DNA from: Nymphaea colorata
Taxonomy: Eukaryota
DNA: 64,000 nt
Direction of reading: 5' to 3'
NCBI RefSeq assembly: GCF_008831285.2
Contig: NC_045138.2
Coordinates: forward strand, 40,362,001 to 40,426,000
The position numbers and the translations under genes were made by a program. The notes under the pieces are model-generated. The model saw nothing but the letters and a program-made list of their open reading frames with translations, searched no databases and was not told where the DNA came from. Shown in pieces: positions 55,020-64,000 of the stretch (positions are counted from its first letter, which is position 1; each line of letters begins with the position of its first letter).

Positions 55020-55089
55020 GCTGCACCTGCACCAAACCTTTTTTTTTTTGAAAAGTACAGCACCCACACCCTGCACCCATGTGACATAG
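55020..55089. mobile_element. Right-end fragment of the same hAT MITE family
   Basis: GCACC repeats ending in CCCATGTGACATAG, the reverse complement of the 59914 left end. Confidence 0.55.
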
Positions 55090-55478
55090 TGTTTTTGTAA
55101 GAAAATCAGTAAACTACTTCCTTTGTAATTATAAATTTTTTGAATTCCTGAAATTTTCCCAAGCCTTCTGGTTAACACCCAAGAAAGAGTCACCAATAAA
55201 AACTTGAAAACTATGTTGTGCCTATGCTTCTATCTATTAGACTATTACATATTCTCATTTCAACACATCCATTAACATAATATGTCCATCTATACGTTAT
55301 ATACTTTATTGAGACTGTTTTTGCATATAACTGTCTTGGTGATTTACACAGATGCATAATTTATCTACCAGTAAGGAATTTGACATAGTTCAATACTTCA
55401 CTCTGATCGCATATAAGGCTGACCATGTATGTATCTTGATGAAAGCTCCTGACAACATACATTGAAAGGTGTTATCTC

Positions 55479-55863
55479 CTATGTCACACGGACGCGGCTA
55501 AAGAGGCCACGTACCCGTGTCGACTCGCCGAGATGGCGATTCTGACATGGGACTCGGCTAGGATACGGCAAAAAATAAAAATTAAACATTTAATGTTTTT
55601 TTTTTTCATTTTATCAATTTTTTGTGATGTATCCAATTAGTTCCATGAACAATCCTTTCAGATATTCAGTACTTTTGTGATAAAACACATTTTCTCACAA
55701 GATTGTAAGAGTGAACTATTAATTTAATGTTTTTTTTTAATTTTATCATTTTTAGAATATTTAATGTAGCCGTGTCCGCGTATCCGAAAATTTTGAAAAT
55801 TGCCATATCCGCACCCGTATCCCCGTATCCGCACCCATATCGCATCCGCACCGTGTGACATAG
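55479..55863. mobile_element. Non-autonomous hAT-type MITE (385 bp)
   Basis: Perfect 13 bp TIRs CTATGTCACACGG / CCGTGTGACATAG. Perfect 8 bp TSD GTTATCTC (55471-55478, 55864-55871). Subterminal repeated (GT)ATCCG motifs. Confidence 0.92.
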
Positions 55864-58279
55864 GTTATCTCTTTCCATGCACTGGTGTAAATATGACAAA
55901 TTTCATATCATTTTGAGAGATTATGGTTAGCAGCGTGTCTCATGAAAGTTTGACACCTCCCAATTCTGGCTCCAAAAAAGGACTTGAGATCCTACCAGTT
56001 AGTGGCCCATTAGGGTCCAGATTTTGTTCAAAATGAGTCTATAAGAAAATCAACTACAGGCATCCGAATTGCATGCAAAGCAGACAGTGCACAAGGCAAC
56101 TGGACAAAGATTATAGGTCCTCCTCCAACTCACCCAGTAAAATCAATTTCTTGAACATGAGAATAGAATTCAAGCAAAATGCTGGAACAGCATAGTGTTC
56201 CTAGCATCATGACAAGGAAATGACTAAAATAACACAGGTCTTACGAAGCATAGGTCCTTAGCATCAAGTGTGCTCATTTACACAAGTCTCATTCTATGAA
56301 AATAACTGATACTTTATATTACCAAATTCTAGAAGTTTTAAGTGCCACTAAAAAAAAACTAGTCAGTAATTTACTTATTAGTTGCTAAGCAGAATCTGTG
56401 TGACCCTTGCTATACTAACATTTTGAACTCAGGATATCTCAACAACATAATGGGCAAATTTTACATTTTCAGAATGTCAAATAACAAATCATCAAAATCT
56501 AAAATAGTAAAAGGACACATAGCCAAATGTTTAAGGCCCACAAAGAAGACTGAAAAGAATTTGCTGATCTTATTAGACCTGCAAGGCAGCAAGACTTTCA
56601 ATCACAATACTAAGATCCCTATTCTACTGAAACTCAGATTTCATATAGTTTCAATACAATAAAAAGAATCCTCATTCTCTCAACAACAGAGTAGAATGTG
56701 AGTCACCGTATCATATTCCTGATCTGATGAGATATTGGACAAAACTCTTTTAAAGCATTATTCTGACAACATAAATGTCATGTCAAAAGAAAAAAACGGT
56801 AGAGGTGTCATTTGTTCATGATCTATTAGACCACTCCTCCTGTTCTTGGCCCTAAACCTACAAAAAAGTGAGGGACCAAAAAATCATAATATGTCACAGT
56901 TAAAGACAAAACATAAAATTTTTTCTTCTCAAGAGATAAATTTGGAACATATCTTCAACTTTATTATGTCAAAATTATTAACTTATTAGTAAGAAAAAGC
57001 AGGAATTCCAAGTAATGCACAAAAGGTATCTGCAATTTTCATGATTTTCGTTTTATGATTCACAATTACATATTAACCGAAAAGTTTTGATGGAAGGTGC
57101 TTATTAATCTTCTCACATGAAAGCTTTTTCAATTTTTCAAGATTGGGTATGTATTTAAAAGTCCTAGAAGTCTATGGGAAAACCAAGAAGAGCAAAAAAT
57201 GGAGCAACCAGAAAACAATACAAGCAAACCTCAACCTCAATCAGGCCAACGTTGATTGCAAGAGGATTGTTTCTGTTGTCAAGGTACCATCCATCTTAAC
57301 TATCAAAGTGAACCAGGAAGCAGTTACAGTTCCATCCACATAAATAACTAGTTTAGCAAATCAATGCATATCGAAATAGGGAAAGAAATGAGACTATTAG
57401 ACCAATCATTAGATTTGCATCAAGACCCATGCGACGTAGCTACAAGATCACGTGCATCATGTCTACTTCACAATACCGAAGATTCTGGCCACTATTTTCA
57501 GACAGAAGAATTCATCAGAACAGCATCTTAGCGAGAGATTTCTGTACTTTGCTCCTAGACGAAGCACATTTTCCCGTCAATGGTTTCCTAAGGAAAGCAT
57601 TTTCATTTGCCGTTCGCTCCTAACTCTGTATTCACTACTACTAACTGCAAAGCCACGGTAGTGGTTCACTTCTTAGCATTCTTTCTGATACTACTACGCT
57701 CGAGCTTCACTTGATGCTTTTTGAACCACTTACCCATTTTACCGCTTTCCTCGAGAAAAAGAGAACTGTATCTAATAAATTCCCAGCTCAAAAATCCCCA
57801 CTTTAGGAAACAACTTCGGATAAGAAAAACTGTCCAATCCAATAACCGAATCAACCCAGAAATTAAATTCGAAACACTAAATGAACAACGGTAGTAAGCA
57901 TAGACATCCTGATATCTCATCTCAAAGATAACCAAAACTGGAAAGGAATTTGTTCAACGATTGAAGAGAAAAATAACAACAAGAGACCTGTCAGGGGAGA
58001 CAGAAATCGATGGCACCAGCCGTCGTTGCCGTTCTTCTTGAGACGGAATCTGGAACTTCCTATGGTGGTCTCATACCGTTTGAAGGCGTCTGATTAAGGA
58101 TTCTTGGGTTCCTAGGTGGGGGTTTTTGTTTGGCACACGAGCAGTGAAGCCCCGACGACGGTCCCGTTGGTTTAAGCTGCTTTCTCGAAAGCTGAACCTT
58201 CATACCACTTCTTAAGTGAGAACTGAAATCGCGTGCCACTTCCCAATTTTAAAATTTTAAGAGTAGTTTGTATGACTTC

Positions 58280-58332
58280 CAACTCACTGAGTTAGTCGGT
58301 CGGATTTCAACTCACTGAGTTAGTCGGTCGGA
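58280..58332. repeat. 28 bp tandem duplication containing a palindrome
   Basis: caactcactgagttagtcggtcgga present twice. AACTCA-C-TGAGTT is self-complementary. Confidence 0.9.
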
Positions 58333-58728
58333 CTGGCAGGTTGATGTAGTTAATTTATTTTTTGTGGGTGTTATTTATCTGAAATGTGTTGAATGCACGA
58401 CTTTTCAATTGATGGTTGTCTTATTCAAGATATCTTATTCAACATCTAGGTCTCGAAATTGACTTGGACTCGAGAAGCAGGAGCAAATAAGGAGTTTCGG
58501 CCTCTGACCTTAATCCCAAGATCTTATAAGCAAAATGATGGACTTTGGTTCCTCACCGATGAACAAATAGTAATGAGGGATAATGTAAACAATATTATCA
58601 GCCAACATGTTGATGGAAAACTAAAACCAATCTTCACAACATCGATCTCGTAGCTTTTCAAAATCATCCAATCTTTCATGGATTGCTTGAAACACGTTTG
58701 AATCGTTTTGTTTGCTTTAAATCACTAA

Positions 58729-59038
58729 GGTTGTGTTAGATAGCCTCGAATCTTAGGTTCGATGTTAGATTTATTGAGTAAATCTGATGTTTATCAAACT
58801 GTAGATTTAAAAACTGTGTAATTCAGATTCATGAGAATGCTGAAATCCTTGGATCTCAAACGGAGGGAGGTTTGACTTCAAGTGTGGATTCTAAATCCAC
58901 ACATGAATGTAGAGAGGGGAGAAGAGAGAGGAGGGAATGCACCAAACAAGGACTTTTAAAACATAAGATCTTAAGACCTCGGATCTGAAGTTCTAAAATC
59001 TGCCTTGAATCTAAGATACGAGGCAATCAAACGCAGCC
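58729..59038. mobile_element. Tourist/PIF-Harbinger-like MITE (310 bp)
   Basis: Imperfect TIRs GGTTGTGTTAGATAGCCTCG / CGAGGCAATCAAACGCAGCC, flanked by TAA on both sides. Confidence 0.85.
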
Positions 59039-59913
59039 TAATTGAAGGTGTGCATTCCGTTCTAATCAAAGAAGCTCCAAATCCACAGGTCGAAAGAGAA
59101 TGTCAGCCCCATTTCACCAAAATCAATAGCGCCTATTACCGCAAGAGAACATATATAAGACGCATTTTATAAATTGTATTGACCAATCTAAACAAGCCCA
59201 ACTCTTCCAATTGTTCATGTTAGCAAGTTAAAATATTGCTATATTAACGTCAAAAATAATAAAAACGAAAAAAGGGAAAAATCGATATTAAAAAAACAGG
59301 AAAAATATTTATTGCGATATTATCGTGTTTTTTCCCCATTTTTTTATTTTTCTATTTTTTAGCATTGATATCATCATGGATTCAAATATAAACTTAAACT
59401 AAATTATTTTCATTATTTTTATTATCATTAAAACATTCCTTTTATCACTGTTATATATATATATATATTTATGTTTTCCTATAAGTTTCTCCTTTATTTC
59501 ATTTATACCTATTTTTTAATTTTTTAAAATTTTCTGAGTTTTCCCCAAGATTTTCACAAAAAAACAACTTTGTCATTAAAAACCCGAAAAAAGTCTCACA
59601 GTTAACCTGAGAATGATATATATGTATATATATGATCCTAAGAAAAAGATTTCAGCCCACTTAATCAAACAAATAACACATTCAAGATTCAAAACTTATA
59701 GATTCTAAAGAAGATACTATTGAACAAAAATGAAAACACAGTTCGGTATGTGTTTACTCATGAGTATAGATTATGTAAAAAAAAAAAAAAAATCCAAAAC
59801 CCTAAATTTTGGACAGGAAAGCACTAAATCAGATGAATACTGTCTTGAGTATGTTGATTGTCTCCGGTACTGTTTGACGGGTACCAAGAAATACCCAGAA
59901 CGATACTAGTACC

Positions 59914-60275
59914 CTATGTCACATGGGTGCTTCTAAATGGCAGACGCACACCTATTCAGACTCATGTTGATGCTAGTGCTGGTGTTTCTCTGACACAACA
60001 CATTTGCTGAACCAAGTCAAAGCTGACGATTTTAAATATGCACATAAACTAAATTATCTATAATACAAAAATTCACATAAACTAAATTATCTATAATACA
60101 AAAATTATATATATAAATATAAATAAATAAGGCTACTAAATACCTAAATGACTATGTAAAAAATGACTTATATACATACATATACATACTCGTCGCACCT
60201 ACACTTAAATTTTTTTGAAAAGTTACAACATCTGCACCCTAATCTACACCTGCACCCTGCAATCAGGTTGCATAG
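59914..60275. mobile_element. Degenerate hAT-type MITE related to 55479-55863
   Basis: Left end CTATGTCACATGGG, right end ...CAGGTTGCATAG, repeated GCACC subterminal motifs. TSD not preserved. Confidence 0.6.
60041..60106. repeat. 33 bp tandem duplication inside the MITE
   Basis: cacataaactaaattatctataatacaaaaatt present twice. Confidence 0.9.
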
Positions 60276-61383
60276 AAAATACGAGTACGGGTGTCTTACC
60301 TAACCAGTATGTGTACGCTGCCTTTACAGCAATATCTACGTGACAATGGCCTTTTTGCATGCATCAGTTTCACTTGTGAGCTGTCCTGGAAGTTTTTTTC
60401 TCTTTTATTTGAAACATAGTCTGCCAATATTTTATTAATTCCCTGTGTCAGGGCGGTTATAAACATGAATCATACTTAATAATCTCTTTTCAAAATTTTG
60501 CGTGTACACTTAACGAAGTTTTCCCTTGCAATTGTTGTTATATTTCCGTAACCATTTCTGGTAGCCTTTCAGTCTTTAATGCAATTGTGTGTTATGCTAT
60601 ATGTGTCCATGAGAATGGAGGTTAAAGATGCAATTTATAACTTTAGTATATTTATTATGCTGAATAATTGAAGTGATGTCAATCCCATTTTTTTGATGAA
60701 TGAGTTCCGATTAATGTTTGTGCCAGAATATGTATTATCTTGGGAGTTAAGCTATGTTCAAAATCTTTTGTTGGTTTCTGCTAATATTGGTCTCCATAAG
60801 TAAAACATGAAGGACAATGAACTCGTGGGATTCCTTCTAGTAGTATGTATGCAGATGAGCATCTCCCTCTGGATAAGAACACAATGCCTCTTAAAAGGAT
60901 TGCTTGTCCATTTTGTTAGTTCTTCCTTTTGCATGTGTACTGACAGATGGTTTTCATTGGTTGTTACTAACGCTGTCCTCTAATTAAAGCTTGATGAACA
61001 TTGAACTCATGAGATTCTTTCCCAAAGTACCCTACTGATCATCTTCTTTTGGGTAAAGACGTCTCATACCCGACACATACTTAAATGAATTGCTAGTTCC
61101 TTGTTGCTTCTTTCAACTTGAACTTTATCTTGAAATGAGTTGCTAGCTCTTCGTTGTTTTATTTCAACTTATGTTTTATTGCACTGCACATGCTTTCACT
61201 TGCTATTTTCAATAGCTTGTAGTAAATTTTGAAGCGCATGCACTCTTCTATGTTCTTTTCATGTCGTCTGGTTATAATATTTTTCTGACATCATTTACTA
61301 GCAATCCTGTTGGTACTACCCAACTATAGGCTAGCTCCAGATTTGTGACAATGTTAGAGAAGATTTTAGTTACTGCAAGCAAA

Positions 61384-61560
61384 TTTTTGGGCCTTGTTGA
61401 TTGCCTTTGAAAGTTCAGGCAGTTTGATTTGGCCAGAGAAGCATGGGATGATCACATTTTCGGCATGAATGAGGAAATGGTTGTATGCACAAAGCTTATG
61501 GAGTTAATGGTTGTATGCACAAGGCTTCTGGAGGAAATGGTTGTCTGTTGGTCAGATGCA
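61384..61560 (+). pseudogene. Possible PPR-like gene fragment
   Basis: FLGLVDCL*KFRQFDLAREAWD resembles one PPR helix pair. In-frame stop, followed by a 30 bp tandem repeat. Confidence 0.3.
61471..61544. repeat. 30 bp tandem repeat (~2.5 copies)
   Basis: gaggaaatggttgtatgcacaaagcttatg-type units. Confidence 0.85.
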
Positions 61561-62955
61561 TTTCTTCTGTTTTCTTTCTAGTTCAACCATTGTTTTTCCT
61601 AATCCACATAAATTATTGTCTTTTTGTAGGTCTAGTTTAGTTGACATTCTATGCTCTTCCATATCCTATATTTGAGATGTAGAAAATAACCCCCTTCCTC
61701 TAATCACTCATGCATGAATCCAAACCCAATTCATTGCAAATAATCGATAATCAATCATCAAACTATTCATGCAAAACCTACACATTTCAATCTCCATATT
61801 TATTATTTTATCATCTTTATGCAATTCATGTATTATCTTTATCTTAACTGTTCATTTCGTTTGCATGAACTCCTGAACACTATTATTTTCGATTAAGTTC
61901 TGGTTTTGATTTTGAAAGAGAAAAAAAGAACGTTGTAGCCTATAATAGGAGATGCACAATAAATAGGCCGTCATAATCCGATTGTGGGACAAATTATGTT
62001 CAACCATAATATGTCCTGAAATCAGGGATGTAAATGGGTCTATTGATCCGATTGTCGAGCTCAAACTGGACACATTTAGTTGGACCCTGTAACTGCAAAA
62101 GGATTTGAACCTGAATCCGGATCCAAAGTGCAGTAAATGGCTTACGATCAACTATAGATAAAAGTTGAATCTTCTGTTAGATGCAGATTTGATTTCAAAA
62201 TTTCAAGTATGAATGCGAACAGGCGGTATGACTTGAAATAGAAGGACTTGAAAGGATCTTCCCCTTTACTATTTAGAACAAGAAACCCAAAGATTAGAGG
62301 AAAGAATGAAATTGTCCTCGTTGGGGAACCATCGGATCATTGATCCGTGACTCATCATTAAGTGATTATGCGAATCGAATTGAGAACTTTAATTTTCGTC
62401 GGAAACCAGTATTTTTTAGAAGAAAAAATTCCAAGTTGTTGCTGCCCAGCCCTCGACAGCGGCGGAGCCAGAAGGACAGGGCGTCGGCACATGATATCCT
62501 CAAGCCAAAAAAAAACTTTAAAATTTTTCATTTATTGTATGTGAAATGATTTTTAAAGCTTTTAATATTTCCAAATTCTGTGAATTTCACGTATCTTTGC
62601 AAATCTTAAGTTGATATTATGTATGTAAACATCAAAATTGAGCAACTTGTGATTAAATTCCCCAAAATTTAGTAGTAATGTGTACCAAATATCCAACATA
62701 TAGCTCTAAATGAAGAAAGCGAATGGATTCCTCTTAATAGTTTAACAAGAACGACAATCAGTCTGGAGGGAAACAATAGAGAGAAATAATGCAAAGAAAG
62801 AAACCAAGAAATTAAGAAAAGTCAAACATCCGTACTTGACGGCTGACGCCTCATTTGGGCTACTAAATAACCTTAGGAAAAAAAAAAAAAAGGCCATGTA
62901 CCAAGGGAAGACCAAAAAAACGTTCACAACAAGAAGATAATTAGAGGAAAGGACA

Positions 62956-63540
62956 TCACACTGACTCGATCAAGAGAAAGAAGCGTTGACGGTAGACAAG
63001 GCACATGTTGAAATCAAAGATGCTCCACTCCAGCTTATCCCACGGATACCTCTTGGACATGAACAGAGTAAACAAGTAAGGGTCGATAGACAAATAAACA
63101 AGTAAGGGTCGATAGACAAATTTGGTTTCTCGTCTGTCCCAAATCCCAGATGTCTCACCAAGCACTACAATGCGTTGCCAGTCGTGGCGACGTCGGGCTC
63201 ACCACCAGCGGAGGGCCAATCGTTGGACGAAACGACAACAGGGACATCAGGATAGCAGATCTTTTTCATTGCCCAGTAGAATGCGTCAACCGCCGTGCAA
63301 AATGAATTGGTCGCATGGTAAGAACTAGAAGCAGCAATATCGTCACTTTTCTCGCTCACAATGTAAGGAAAGACGTTGACCATGAGCGGTAACTTATTCT
63401 CAGCAAGAAATTCAACAGTAGGGTGCATAAATGGAATACAATCATCCAAGAAGCTAGCATACGAGGTATTCGTCCATTTGGCAAGGACATCCATGGCAAC
63501 TGATGTGAATACCTGTATAGATAAACCACCCTTATCCAGA
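62956..63540 (-). pseudogene. Glucan endo-1,3-beta-glucosidase (GH17) pseudogene fragment, C-terminal half, copy 1
   Basis: Reads LDKGGLSIQVFTSVAMDVL...VEFLAENKLPLMVNVFPY...FCTAVDAFYWAMKK..YPDVPVVVSSNDWPSAGG...ATTGNAL*CLVRHLGFGTDEKPNLSIDPYLF(TLF)...WSIFDFNMCLVY, collinear with GH17 motifs. In-frame TAG at 63167-63165 and a frameshifting 26 bp duplication at 63069-63120. Confidence 0.85.
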
Positions 63541-63544
63541 GAGC

Positions 63545-63945
63545 AAAGACACTTGTGGTGACGACGGGCTCACCACCAGCAAAGGACCAACCGGTGGACG
63601 AAACAACAAAGAGGACGCTGGGATAACCGATCTTTTTCATTGCCGAGTAAAATGCGACAACCGTCGCGTCGAATGAGTTGATACAAAGGAGAGAACGAAG
63701 AACGCGAGTGACGTCACTTTTCTCGTACATATTGTAAGGGAAGATGTTGACCATGAGCAACGACTCATTCTCAACGAGAAAAACAACAATAAGGTGTATA
63801 AATGGAGTAAAATTGTTCAGGAAGCTGCAATTGAAGGGATTCGTCCATTTCATAAGGACATCCATGCCAACTGATGTGAATACCTATATCGATTTAACTG
63901 CTCTTATCCAAAGAGTGCAGCGCGTTATGAACGTTTTGCATAGCC
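63545..63945 (-). pseudogene. GH17 beta-1,3-glucanase pseudogene fragment, copy 2
   Basis: Reads AMQNVHNALHSLDKSS*...*VFTSVGMDVL...VVFLVENESLLMVNIFPY...FDATVVAFYSAMKKIGYPSVLFVVSSTGWSFAGGEPVVTT. Direct repeat of copy 1 with period ~371 nt. Contains stops and a frameshift. Confidence 0.85.
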
Positions 63946-64000
63946 TTTTTGGATTCCTTGGTGTACCTTTCTCCGAGCCAGATTTGTCACCAAGCACTGG
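63946..64000 (-). pseudogene. GH17 fragment, copy 3 (partial, continues beyond right edge)
   Basis: Reads CLVTNL / SEKGTPRNPK, the GH17 GTP.RP motif. DNA ccagatttgtcaccaagcact resembles ccagatgtctcaccaagcact of copy 1. Confidence 0.6.

Noticed and set aside
56728..56749. miR2275 target-like TGAGATATTGGACAAAACTC
   Set aside because: The match covers only the miRNA 3' half, with mismatches at the centre and seed. Likely chance.
58280..61544. CRISPR-like short direct repeats
   Set aside because: Only adjacent 2-3 copy tandem duplications without unique spacers. Eukaryotic context, no cas genes.

Overview
Flowering-plant nuclear genomic DNA: AT-rich, with GT-AG introns, many (AT)n/(AG)n microsatellites, MITEs and LTR remnants. 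The species cannot be determined from the sequence. Three intron-containing protein genes are supported. (1) The 5' part of a minus-strand RTN4IP1-like mitochondrial MDR/quinone oxidoreductase gene (exons 4514-4290, 2485-2258, 1196-1123, 688-529), which runs off the left edge. (2) A divergent plus-strand gene for an uncharacterised acidic protein built from three tandem ~61-68 aa repeats (CDS 9183-9225 + 12173-12861, 243 aa). (3) A complete five-exon cytokinin oxidase/dehydrogenase gene (33686-40142, 537 aa). At the right edge is a minus-strand mosaic of three fused GH17 beta-1,3-glucanase pseudogene fragments; both copies spanning the catalytic nucleophile site have Ser instead of Glu. The intergenic DNA holds a hAT MITE with perfect TSD, several Tourist/PIF-like MITEs (one nested pair in a CKX intron), a solo LTR with perfect TSD, a probable LINE ORF1 relic, a 220 bp intronic palindrome, tandem duplications and a possible spliced minus-strand non-coding transcript (~51.8-58.1 kb). 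I found no prokaryotic-type system, CRISPR array, rRNA or intact tRNA, and no clearly new multi-gene system. The best leads are the triple-repeat protein and the non-catalytic GH17 mosaic.
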